A DNA stretch of 32,000 nt from Candidatus Saccharimonadota bacterium (GCA_965228485.1 OZ245819.1:480001-512000), one strand, 5' to 3'; shown: positions 16,628-25,377, counted from the stretch's first letter. Translations and numbers: made by a program. Notes: generated by a model not told the origin, from the sequence alone.

Positions 16628-16668
16628 AATTTTATTCCAAAGTGCGCATAGACTATACTTTGATTAAA

Positions 16669-17223
16669 ATGAAGCCAAGAAAACTAAAAAAATTTCTTAT
16701 TTGGGGACTTCTGCTAGGTGGTCTTTATTGGTTTTATCACCCACATGGCATCTTTGTATTAGGTGATCCACTTTCAGTCTTTCGATATCGAGGAGTGCTA
16801 AGCGATCTAAAAAATAAAATGCCTGAAGAGTATGCACTCGTGAGAGATCACATTGATACGATTAAAATCAGCTACATCATCACCGGAGGGAATTATGCTG
16901 GCTTTGCTCAAGAAGGCGAAAGAGGCACAAAAAAAATAACCCTCCTTGAAAATACTTTTATTCAGGGACCTGGATATGCTCACAGTGTTTTGGTTCACGA
17001 AGCCTGTCATGGACTTCAGTTTGAAAAAAATCTCCCCTTTGATCCCTTTTGTGAAAACCAAGCACGAGAACACGCTTGTAACCAGTGGGGTATTAGAGTG
17101 CTAAAAACCTTTGATGGAAAACCTGAAATGATTAAACACTACGAAACCATCGCTGAAGGCGATACCGTCTATGGAAATTCCTGTCTTCGAAATGGAAGTG
17201 TAAAGGAAATGCCTGACCTCTAA
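16669..17223 (+). CDS. membrane-anchored HExxH protein (putative zinc metalloprotease)
   Basis: The track ORF begins at GTG 16642. ATG 16669 gives MKPRKLKKFLIWGLLLGGLYWF (an N-terminal TM segment). An HEACH motif lies within SVLVHEACHGLQFE. Confidence 0.6.
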   Translation: MKPRKLKKFLIWGLLLGGLYWFYHPHGIFVLGDPLSVFRYRGVLSDLKNKMPEEYALVRDHIDTIKISYIITGGNYAGFAQEGERGTKKITLLENTFIQGPGYAHSVLVHEACHGLQFEKNLPFDPFCENQAREHACNQWGIRVLKTFDGKPEMIKHYETIAEGDTVYGNSCLRNGSVKEMPDL

Positions 17224-17236
17224 AAACAAATACCGT

Positions 17237-17530
17237 AGATCCTTCGAAAACTCAGGATGAAAAATTTAATGAAGCGTTTTAAAAGTTTCTTAAATTATCA
17301 TTCCACTTCTCTGGCCTTACAAAATCTTCGTTAAGATTTTTCCATGAGTGAGTGTGCAAAGGTATCAGTGCCCAATGCGACTATAAGGAGCAAGTTTGAT
17401 ACCTTTAACGAACGAAGTCTGAAAAATTAGAAGTTTTGTTCCGCCAGGATTTTTTACCTCTTTTTGGGAAAAAGAGGAACACTCTAAAATAATAATCTCC
17501 GCAAGAACATCAAAAGGAATCACTCTCTAA
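17237..17530. repeat. intergenic repeat element, copy 1 of 2 (candidate structured RNA / MITE-like element)
   Basis: Nt 17237-17507 align without gaps to 20136-20406, with 13 mismatches over 270 aligned positions counted by hand. Weaker homology continues to about 17530. It contains hairpins at 17239-17258, 17361-17403 and 17457-17477. Confidence 0.85.
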
Positions 17531-18726
17531 GGCTTAAAAGTAAAATCCTGGAGATTCCGACTATTGTACTCAATTGGAGCGGTAAGGATTTCAGCGACCC
17601 TATTTGATTCGGCATCAAATGGCTTGAAGGCTTCTCCTCCAGCATCTTTTACATATACCGTTCCAACGGTTTCTTTTGGGAAGAAACTCGCTCCTTCGCT
17701 TCGACGAACAAAAATTTCTAGGACGGCTTCATCTTGAGATTCCAATTCCAGATCTAACCCTGTAAAGGTTACTTCCCCATTACGATAGATTTGCTGAATA
17801 ATATCGTCTCCCAATCCAACCACTTTAATCTCAAACGCATTGGCTGGTCCTGTTCCGCTTCGATCAAATCGAAGGTAGAGCTGTATATGTTCTAAGTCTC
17901 CTCGATAATCAAGAGTGTTTCGTACTCGAACATTCCCTAAATGAGACCAATCACTGTCTTTCGTCACAATAATTTCATCTTCTGGAACATCTACATCAAT
18001 GTGGATTGCCTGTCTTTCGACTTCATAGCCCTGTTTGTGAGCTTCAAAGTCTTTTGGCTTGATAGCGACTCTTCGAGAATCTCCGTAATAACTAGAATCA
18101 ATTTGCATATCTGCTGCCGAACCATTGATTCCTGGCTTATTGATAATTTGGGCAAAAGTCCAAGCGGCTTCCGCTCGAGTAACGATCTGCTCTGGACGAA
18201 AATATCTATTTCGAGCATTTCTGAGTAAATCGTGTTCATAAAGCGCTCCAATATATGCCGTAAACCACTGCTCAGCTTCTGTATCCTCGAATGGAAGATC
18301 TTCTAAATTTTCGGCTTCTAGGTCAAACGCTCGAGAAACCAAAGTTGCAAATTCGGCTCGAGTCAGATTATCTCCAGGATAGAAAAAACCATCTGGACGC
18401 CCCTGAACCCAACCATTTTGAGCGGCAACTCCTACCGCTTCCTCAAACCAGACTCCCTGACCTACATCTGGAAACCGAGAAACACCATTGTAGGTCGTCT
18501 CCAAATCTTTTTTGGCTCGTAAAAGTAATGTTACGGCTTCTGCTCGCGTAAGATTTTGGTCTGGACGAAAAGACCCATCTCCAAATCCCGTCATAACCCC
18601 GGCTTCTTCAACCACCTCTATCGCCTCTTCTGACCAGGTTGGGAAGTCATCACTATCAATAAATTCCATGGACTGAGCTTGTCCAGTAAGTCCAAAAAAT
18701 AATGCCAAAATAAATAAGTTTTTCAT
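17527..18726 (-). CDS. S-layer homology (SLH) domain surface protein
   Basis: The likely start is ATG 18726 (MKNLFILALFFGLTGQAQS signal peptide); the track start at 18792 is further upstream. There are three SLH repeats (18145-18663), e.g. FIDSDDFPTWSEEAIEVVEEAGVMTGFGDGSFRPDQNLTRAEAVTLLLRA. The C-terminal ~200 aa are unknown. Confidence 0.85.
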   Translation of the reverse strand: MKNLFILALFFGLTGQAQSMEFIDSDDFPTWSEEAIEVVEEAGVMTGFGDGSFRPDQNLTRAEAVTLLLRAKKDLETTYNGVSRFPDVGQGVWFEEAVGVAAQNGWVQGRPDGFFYPGDNLTRAEFATLVSRAFDLEAENLEDLPFEDTEAEQWFTAYIGALYEHDLLRNARNRYFRPEQIVTRAEAAWTFAQIINKPGINGSAADMQIDSSYYGDSRRVAIKPKDFEAHKQGYEVERQAIHIDVDVPEDEIIVTKDSDWSHLGNVRVRNTLDYRGDLEHIQLYLRFDRSGTGPANAFEIKVVGLGDDIIQQIYRNGEVTFTGLDLELESQDEAVLEIFVRRSEGASFFPKETVGTVYVKDAGGEAFKPFDAESNRVAEILTAPIEYNSRNLQDFTFKP

Positions 18727-18976
18727 CAAAAATATAAGACTAAAATTCCGTTTTTTTGTGACAGTATATGCAGATTTACTTATAAAATCCAAAATTTTAG
18801 TAAATGCTACATGACATCATCTGGAAGCTTCGATTAAAAGAAAAAATATTCTAATTTTTTCTTTAAAAATGATCACTTCGTAATCATTAAAACAGGCTTG
18901 TATAAGGTCTCATTTCGCTAAAAGAATCAAATCAAACTTGATTTTTTTACAAATTTTTGCTAAAAACCGTCCACTC

Positions 18977-20089
18977 ATGCTGAATCAGAATATCGTCCTC
19001 ATTGGTTTCCGAGGAGCTGGGAAATCAACCTTTGGTCAAGAAATAGCTCGTCAGCTAGATTTACCATTTGCAGATCTCGATAATGAAATCGAGTTCGTTA
19101 CGGGTATGTCTATCCCAGAATACACCGACAAGTATGGCTGGCAACAGTTCCGAGAGATCGAACAAAAAGTCGCTCACGACTTCTGCCGAAACTTTTCTGG
19201 TATTATTGCCAGTGGTGGAGGAACGATCGAAAACTCCAAAAATCTACAAAACCTGAAAAAAACTGGGAAGTTTATATTCCTCAATCCAGACTTCTCTCAG
19301 GTTCGAAAATATTTGTTAAAAGACAAAACTCGCCCAAGACTTAATCCTGATATCCCTCTACACCAAGAGATTGATCAGGCTTGGGAGCAACGAAAAGGTA
19401 TCTACGGGGCTACGGCTGATATTGAAGTACACCCAGACATCAAAGGAGATATAGCTGAGGAATCTAAGAAGATCATTGCGGCTATTCCTCCAAATCTATT
19501 ACCAAAACCACCAAAAGCACGAAAAATTGCCGTTTTCTCTTCTTCTAATGGAAGTACGCTTCAAGGAATTATCGATGCTCAAGCCAAAGGAAGAATCCCA
19601 AATGTAACTATCGATCTATTTGTTACTGATAAAAAAGATTCTGGAGCTCTAGAAAAAGCTAAAGCTGCAGGAATTGAAAACATTGAAGTAATTGAACCAC
19701 AAAAAGGCGAAACTCGAGAAGAATACGACCGAGAAATCATCAACCTCCTACGAGAATTCAAACCTGAATGGGTACTTCTTGCAGGCTGGATGAGAATTTT
19801 CTCTAAAGTTTACTGTGATCAATTTGGAGATATTACGCTAAACGTACACCCTTCTCTCCTTCCTAAATTTGCAGGACTCAAGGGAGACGAAGTACACCAA
19901 CAAGTACTTGAATACGAAGAAAAATACACAGGCGCTACAATTCACCGAATCACAGCAGAAGTTGATGCGGGAGAAAGTGTATTACAACGAAAAGTTCTAG
20001 TTGATGAAGACGATGATGTAGAATCTCTACGATACAAAGTGCAAAAACAAGAAATTCTTGGTTTCTGTGAGATCCTAGAAAAACGGTAA
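18977..20089 (+). CDS. fusion protein: shikimate kinase-like domain + phosphoribosylglycinamide formyltransferase (PurN)-like domain
   Basis: The probable start is ATG 18977 (MLNQNIVLIGFRGAGKSTFGQEIARQLDLPFADLD..FRE.E...ASGGGTIEN...TRPRL, the AroK pattern). The C-terminal half has KIAVFSSSNGSTLQGIIDA, VLLAGWMRIFS, NVHPSLLPKFAGL and TGATIHRITAEVDAGESVLQ (the PurN pattern). Confidence 0.8.
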   Translation: MLNQNIVLIGFRGAGKSTFGQEIARQLDLPFADLDNEIEFVTGMSIPEYTDKYGWQQFREIEQKVAHDFCRNFSGIIASGGGTIENSKNLQNLKKTGKFIFLNPDFSQVRKYLLKDKTRPRLNPDIPLHQEIDQAWEQRKGIYGATADIEVHPDIKGDIAEESKKIIAAIPPNLLPKPPKARKIAVFSSSNGSTLQGIIDAQAKGRIPNVTIDLFVTDKKDSGALEKAKAAGIENIEVIEPQKGETREEYDREIINLLREFKPEWVLLAGWMRIFSKVYCDQFGDITLNVHPSLLPKFAGLKGDEVHQQVLEYEEKYTGATIHRITAEVDAGESVLQRKVLVDEDDDVESLRYKVQKQEILGFCEILEKR

Positions 20090-20135
20090 ATTAACTCTTT
20101 TTATTGTTACAGAGAGTCTACAATAGTATCCCAAA

Positions 20136-20436
20136 AGATCCTTCGCAAACTCAGGATGACAAATTTGATGAAGCGTTTTAAAATTTTCTTAAATTATCAT
20201 TCCACTGCTCTGGCCTTACAAAATCTTCGTTAAAATTTTTCCATGAGTGAGTGGGCAAAGGTATCAGTGTCCGATGCAACTATAAGGAGCAAGTTTGATA
20301 CCTTTAACGAACGAAGTCCGAAAAATTAGAAGTTTTGTTCCGCCAGGATTTTTTACCTCTTTTTGGGAAAAAGAGGAACACTCTAAAATAATAAACTCCG
20401 CAGGAATGAAAAAAAAGCGGCGAATTTCACTCTAAT
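20136..20436. repeat. intergenic repeat element, copy 2 of 2
   Basis: Colinear with copy 1 (offset 2899 nt). It lies between the aroK-purN fusion stop and the dapA start. Hairpins lie at 20138-20157 and 20356-20376, and a third related hairpin lies just outside at 20439-20458. Confidence 0.85.
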
Positions 20437-20588
20437 AACTCCTTCACAAGTTCAGGAGAATAAGATTCATGATTTTATTTTTTTTAAAAAACAACATATA
20501 TCTAAATATTAACTTTAAGTGATCTTGGATCTTGACTTTCCCTAAAAAAACTCTAGGGTCAGGAACTGTCTATAAGCTTATTATTACC

Positions 20589-21497
20589 ATGCCAAGAGAT
20601 AAATATTTTGTAGGAACCACAACTGCCATTGTTACCCCTTTTGCGGGCAACGGTGATGTTGATTACGACCATTACGAACGACTGATAAAAACACAGACAG
20701 ACGCAGGAATTAACACTATTTTAGTCGGAGGAACGACTGGAGAAGCTCCAAGTCTAACACTTGATGAGCTTGTAGAACTTACAAAGTTCACTATTGAGCA
20801 AACAAAAGGCACCAAAACAAAAGTGATGGTAGGAGTGGGAACCAACTGCACCCACAAATCACTCGATCAGGTAGAAGCTCTTGATGAACTTCCAGTTGAT
20901 GGATTTTTGTTCTCAACACCTTACTACAATAAGCCAACCCAAGATGGACTGATTCGCCATTTCAAAAGCATGGCTTCCGCTACAGAAAAACCAATTATTC
21001 TCTACAACATCCCAGGACGAGCTGGGGTAAATATTAATGTAGAAACCATTGTAAAACTCGCCCACGATGTAAAACACATTGTTGGAGTCAAAGAGTCTGC
21101 TGGAGATGTTGGACAGATTATGGACATTATTCAACAAACTGAGGAAGACTTTACCGTTCTCTCAGGAGAAGCTGAGCTTGATTATATTCTCATGGCCCTT
21201 GGTGGTGATGGCGTAATTTCGGTGACTTCAAATGCCTTTCCAAAACTTACCAAACAGATGGTAGATTTTTGCCTCAAAGGTAAATGGGCTGAAGCCAGAA
21301 AAGCCAACTACGATTTCCTTCCAGTACTAAGAACGAGTTTCATCGAAACAAATCCGATTCCAATCAAGATGGCACTATCATGGATGCACATCATTCGTGA
21401 TGATTTCCGAGGACCAATGACAAAAATTCGTCCAGAAAATGAAGAAATCTGGCGACCTATTGTAGAAAAATTCGCTGAAAAAGAAGCGGCTTTGTAA
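20589..21497 (+). CDS. dapA: 4-hydroxy-tetrahydrodipicolinate synthase
   Basis: The probable start is ATG 20589 (MPRDKYFVGTTTAIVTPF). GGTTGEAPSLT, STPYYNKP, ILYNIPGRAG (the Arg of the ASA site) and the GVKESAG Schiff-base Lys are present. Confidence 0.9.
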   Translation: MPRDKYFVGTTTAIVTPFAGNGDVDYDHYERLIKTQTDAGINTILVGGTTGEAPSLTLDELVELTKFTIEQTKGTKTKVMVGVGTNCTHKSLDQVEALDELPVDGFLFSTPYYNKPTQDGLIRHFKSMASATEKPIILYNIPGRAGVNINVETIVKLAHDVKHIVGVKESAGDVGQIMDIIQQTEEDFTVLSGEAELDYILMALGGDGVISVTSNAFPKLTKQMVDFCLKGKWAEARKANYDFLPVLRTSFIETNPIPIKMALSWMHIIRDDFRGPMTKIRPENEEIWRPIVEKFAEKEAAL

Positions 21498-21686
21498 TTT
21501 TATCTGAAAGAATACTTAATAAGTCTCTGGCTTGCCCAGAGTCTGCTTGAAAAAACAATCAAGACGGTAATAACCTCTACTTCTCAGATTCTGGACGAAA
21601 GGTCTTTCAATCTGACTTTTAGCCAGAATTTTCATAGGAATTTAATTTACAAAACCCTTAGCAAATTAAAAAAGCGTCCTTATTAC

Positions 21687-23717
21687 TTACTCGGCTCCAC
21701 TCTCTAGATAAGCTTTCAGGGCCTCAAAACTAGGCTCTCCGCTTGGAAATTGACCGTTAATCCAACGGGCAGCTCTTTCGAAATTCTCAGGATTAACTTC
21801 CCCACTAGCGCTGAAGAAAAGTCCATCTGTACCATTTCCACCAAGCTTGTCTGCAACTCTCGCAGCATCTCGATCACCATGAGCTCCATCTCCTGAAAGA
21901 ATTGGAGTTCCAGCTTCAGGCATGAACCATTGATAAGACCAATCTAACCGTTTCATTTCTTGATCGGTGAGAATTTCCCCATCTCGTCCTCTCCCAGCTC
22001 CTAAGAGGTAATCCATAGACATTTCGGCCATTCTGTAGGCTTGTCCTCGAGCCGCACCGGTATTATCAAGATCAATAGCGGCATTTTCAGAAAGCACTCC
22101 TTGGTTTGTTGCTCCAGCTAAACCTTTTTGTTGCATCAGGTAATTCACAATAAAGGCATTTACTTTTAGACCCAACTCTGGCCCAGAAATATTGCCAGAA
22201 GTTTCGAATGGGAAGGTGCGATCTCCTATTTTTGCTTCAATACGAGTTTTCCCATCCTCTGTTGGATAAGCCGAAACCCCATCTCGAACTTCGAGTGGAT
22301 GTTTTTCGTCGTATTCAAGTGGTACTTCATATGGCACTTGTTTCTCAACATAGTTCCCAGAACCTGGTGGTTCTTCTACTCTTTCTGTTCGATATCGTGT
22401 TTCTGTTCCACGCCCTTCTCTCAGTGCATCTTGTACATCACTCCCCGTTCGGATTGTTGGCGGCGTATTTAGACGAACACCCAAAGCCTCTCTGGCTCGT
22501 CGTTTGGTGTCATCAGAAAGATTACCAGCATCAATAGCGGTCAAAATCGCTTCATATCGAACCGATGGAGACTCAGCCTTCCACGTAACGGGAGTAGAAG
22601 CTACAATTTGCTGAAGAACCGCTGCTTCCTGCGGATTATTTGGCGTAGTAATTGCAGAAACAGAATTTAATTCTCTCTGCACTATTCCTAACTGAGCTTT
22701 AAATCCTTCTAATTCTTTTCTTTCTGGATCGGCTTCATCAAGTTTTCCTATTTCCTCCCAAGCCGCGGCATCATCCAAAATTGCATCAATTTGCCCTTTC
22801 CCCATTTCATCAGCGGCTAATTTAGCCTTAAGAGCTGCTATTTTCTCTCTGTTCGCTTCTGTAACTTCAACTTCTTCAGTTCTTGCCTCCACAGTATCTT
22901 CTTTAGCTTCATCTTCTCTTCTTTCATTATCAGCTTCTACTGCATCGTCAGATACGGCCTTTTCAAAACGAGACAATACGATATCACATTTTGATTTAAC
23001 CTTTTCAGGGTCAATCTCATTCACATTACAGGCATATTCTGTTTCCATTCGAACCAAACGAGCCACTACAGCTCCTTGTGCTTCATCTGGGTAATCTGTA
23101 AACCCTTCTACAACTTTTCCTGCACATTCACGACACCTATTTTCATCTGGTTCAAACGTCGCTACTTCTGTCTTATCTCCCTCTGGAATCACATCTCCTG
23201 TAGTGGGAACTCCCAGACCTAGATCATCGGCTGCAGCCCCTCCAGTCAGGATATCATCTCCATCTTTTCCGTCTACGGGGGGCAAACCGAGTCCAAGACC
23301 ATTATCTTCCGCCGCTGCTACCGCTGGTAATCCGAGACCTAAGTCACCAGTATTACCTCCATCTACTGGAGGTAGGTCTAATCCCAGCCCTGTTGTATCC
23401 GCTACCTTCGGTGCTAATTTTGCTTCAATTTGAGAAGCATATTGCTCTAATTTGGGAATATCTTCGGCAGTTAATTCTGGATCCACTTCTCGTAGATGCT
23501 TCATCACCACTCCAAAATCCTGATCCTGAAATTTAGCATTAAACTTTGCCAATGCCGCTTGTATCTCGGCATCAGTTTTTTGTGCTTCGGTAAGCCCTTC
23601 AATGTCTTCTACTTTTAGTGGCCCTGTATCGTTTCCACCTTTAGGGCCTGTCTCGTTGTAGATAAATCGACTAACCTGCTCGTTACCAGTAAAATGAGAG
23701 AATAATTTCATGATCAC
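21687..23717 (-). CDS. large acidic hypothetical protein with GLGL-Pro repeats, no signal peptide
   Basis: 676-aa ORF, locally G+C-richer than its neighbours. It has four GLGL(x)P units at residues 108-175, coiled-coil-like acidic middle segments and an unrecognised C-terminal domain. Confidence 0.7.
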   Translation of the reverse strand: MIMKLFSHFTGNEQVSRFIYNETGPKGGNDTGPLKVEDIEGLTEAQKTDAEIQAALAKFNAKFQDQDFGVVMKHLREVDPELTAEDIPKLEQYASQIEAKLAPKVADTTGLGLDLPPVDGGNTGDLGLGLPAVAAAEDNGLGLGLPPVDGKDGDDILTGGAAADDLGLGVPTTGDVIPEGDKTEVATFEPDENRCRECAGKVVEGFTDYPDEAQGAVVARLVRMETEYACNVNEIDPEKVKSKCDIVLSRFEKAVSDDAVEADNERREDEAKEDTVEARTEEVEVTEANREKIAALKAKLAADEMGKGQIDAILDDAAAWEEIGKLDEADPERKELEGFKAQLGIVQRELNSVSAITTPNNPQEAAVLQQIVASTPVTWKAESPSVRYEAILTAIDAGNLSDDTKRRAREALGVRLNTPPTIRTGSDVQDALREGRGTETRYRTERVEEPPGSGNYVEKQVPYEVPLEYDEKHPLEVRDGVSAYPTEDGKTRIEAKIGDRTFPFETSGNISGPELGLKVNAFIVNYLMQQKGLAGATNQGVLSENAAIDLDNTGAARGQAYRMAEMSMDYLLGAGRGRDGEILTDQEMKRLDWSYQWFMPEAGTPILSGDGAHGDRDAARVADKLGGNGTDGLFFSASGEVNPENFERAARWINGQFPSGEPSFEALKAYLESGAE

Positions 23718-23762
23718 TAAATTATCCCACTATTATAGCACAAAAAGAGTCTTTTTAAAAGC

Positions 23763-24617
23763 CTATTTACTCTCCCCCCAACGCTCAAGAATTGCGTTCA
23801 AACGAAGCGCCCTATCTCTATCTGCTACCGCAGCATCTCTATCAGCCTCTGCAGCATCAGCAAGGGCTCCAGAAACCCCTACTCGAACATCTCCCATAGC
23901 ACTTTGTGCTGCTGCTTTTGCCGTTTCGCACTTATCGGTTTCTTGAGGTTTAGAAAGAGAAGGATGATCAAAACCTGAAATATCCCCTGACAAACTCATA
24001 TCACTCGCATCCCAACAAGCCAACCAGACTTTAGCCGTATTTAGCCAAAGTTCTCTATTTACCGCTGGATCAAGGTTATAAGTATCTACTCCAATTGGAT
24101 CGGTAATTTCTCGCCCCCCAACCGCTGGAATAGCATTATTTACATTAATCGAAGCAAAGAATTGATTTACCCTTGCCTGTCCATAAGCCAATTGTCTCAC
24201 CTGATCGTCAGAGAGATTTATCTGATAAGAACACACTTTTACTGGTTCATAAAGATTTGCATCAAAAGTTTCTCCCACATCAAGCCTCTTAGCTGGATCA
24301 TTATGTTGATAGGTAACACACGTACCATCATTTGCCATCAACTCCGTTCCTGATATTGGGCTCTTTCCATCTACATGTTCTGGAGGAACTGCGAACCGTC
24401 CAACAATTTGGTATTTCCCTCCGCCAATAGGGATTCCAATAATCGAACCTTCCCCTGCATCTGGAATTTGGAAACCACTCGTACGAATCATTTGCTCTGT
24501 ACGAGCTGGATCCGTTAAAGTTTCTAGCTTTGTTGGTTCAGCGGCAGCCACTTCAGCACCTCCTAGAAGTGCCCCTGTTAGCGCTAATGCCCGACCTGTT
24601 TTTTCAAACTTTGACAT
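23763..24617 (-). CDS. hypothetical secreted protein
   Basis: 284 aa. The N-terminus MSKFEKTGRALALTGALLGGAEVAAA is signal-like. It lies 45 nt upstream of the 676-aa gene on the same strand. Confidence 0.7.
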   Translation of the reverse strand: MSKFEKTGRALALTGALLGGAEVAAAEPTKLETLTDPARTEQMIRTSGFQIPDAGEGSIIGIPIGGGKYQIVGRFAVPPEHVDGKSPISGTELMANDGTCVTYQHNDPAKRLDVGETFDANLYEPVKVCSYQINLSDDQVRQLAYGQARVNQFFASINVNNAIPAVGGREITDPIGVDTYNLDPAVNRELWLNTAKVWLACWDASDMSLSGDISGFDHPSLSKPQETDKCETAKAAAQSAMGDVRVGVSGALADAAEADRDAAVADRDRALRLNAILERWGESK

Positions 24618-24646
24618 GTGAGGGAAATTATTTTTTCATTCATAAT

Positions 24647-24676
24647 AATATAACGCCACAATCCCCATTTTGTCAA
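24647..24676 (-). promoter_or_regulatory. sigma70-like promoter for the 24617..21687 operon
   Basis: Minus strand: TTGACA (24676-24671), then either 17 nt to TTATAT or 18 nt to TATATT (24652-24647). About 30 nt upstream of ATG 24617. Confidence 0.5.
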
Positions 24677-24700
24677 AAGATAATTGTTGACAAAAAAAAT

Positions 24701-24729
24701 TTGACTGTAAAAGAAACCGCGAGTATAAG
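24701..24729 (+). promoter_or_regulatory. sigma70-like promoter firing into a ~390-nt noncoding stretch
   Basis: TTGACT (24701-24706), 17 nt spacer, TATAAG (24724-24729). The -10 is bracketed by the inverted repeat cgcga/tcgcg (24718-24735). The next + strand ORF starts at 25117. Confidence 0.45.
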
Positions 24730-25116
24730 TTCGCGACAATTTTTTTGCGAATATTAAGAAATCTTAATTCTTCAAAAAAACCCTATAAAAAAGGGATTTA
24801 GGCGTTTTTACCAGTCAAGGGTATTTAAGGGTTTGTTCAATTTTTATGCTCAACACATCACCAAGCTTGACGCAAGAGGTCTAAATATTTTTATTAACAC
24901 ATAAAAACCCTTGCCAAACACTCAAAATTAACAAAAAGTGGTTAAAATTGTTTAAAATACTAGTCTATACCTTTTCCCAGACTTAGCTGGGAGTGTTTTT
25001 ATACTAAAAATCTTCGGGTAGCCAAAAAGTCTCCTTCGGTAGGGCTAAAGATATTCTACTCCCTAAGAAAAGGGCATAGAATTCACAATACTTTTGTTTT
25101 CTAATTCATTATACAC

Positions 25117-25377
25117 ATGAATCAAAAAGTCCTAACGGCTACGTATATCCTAACTTCAGTGGGGCTCACATGCCTTGCAATCGCCCTCTGGAACTACGAA
25201 GCGGAAGAAGAATCTAAGGTTGCCAATGCAGCACTCGATATTTCTTACGATGTAGAAACTCCAGACAATTGGTCTGGACGACAAAAACCAGACTTCAATG
25301 TCTCCGCTAATCCCGTTCAGTTCGAATTCCCTCCACCAGATGGAGATGATGATGGCGGTGATGGGGACAGTAACTAA
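25117..25377 (+). CDS. small membrane-anchored protein with acidic tail
   Basis: 86 aa. It has an N-terminal TM segment (LTATYILTSVGLTCLAIALW) and a C-terminal PPPDGDDDGGDGDSN. It ends 25 nt upstream of the next gene. Confidence 0.55.
   Translation: MNQKVLTATYILTSVGLTCLAIALWNYEAEEESKVANAALDISYDVETPDNWSGRQKPDFNVSANPVQFEFPPPDGDDDGGDGDSN

Noticed and set aside
17257-17430. Two small ORFs inside the repeat that are intact in both copies. One is 25 aa (MKNLMKRFKSFLNYHSTSLALQNLR, 17257-17334) and the other 28 aa (MSECAKVSVPNATIRSKFDTFNERSLKN, 17344-17430).
   Set aside because: Between copies, 3 of 4 and 4 of 5 substitutions respectively are nonsynonymous. These segments diverge faster than the ORF-free 3' core. 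There is no SD or hydrophobic character. They are probably fortuitous ORFs in a noncoding element.
17237-20436. The two repeat copies as template/variable repeats of a diversity-generating retroelement.
   Set aside because: The 13 differences are a mix of all substitution types (a/c, a/g, g/t, t/g, c/t, t/a), not adenine-specific. Neither copy lies inside a target gene, and no reverse transcriptase is present in the window.
20090-20588. A lysine riboswitch or T-box leader upstream of dapA, because repeat copy 2 sits there.
   Set aside because: I could not find the L-box or T-box core sequences. The same element also occurs at 17237-17530, where no downstream gene exists on either strand in a leader configuration.
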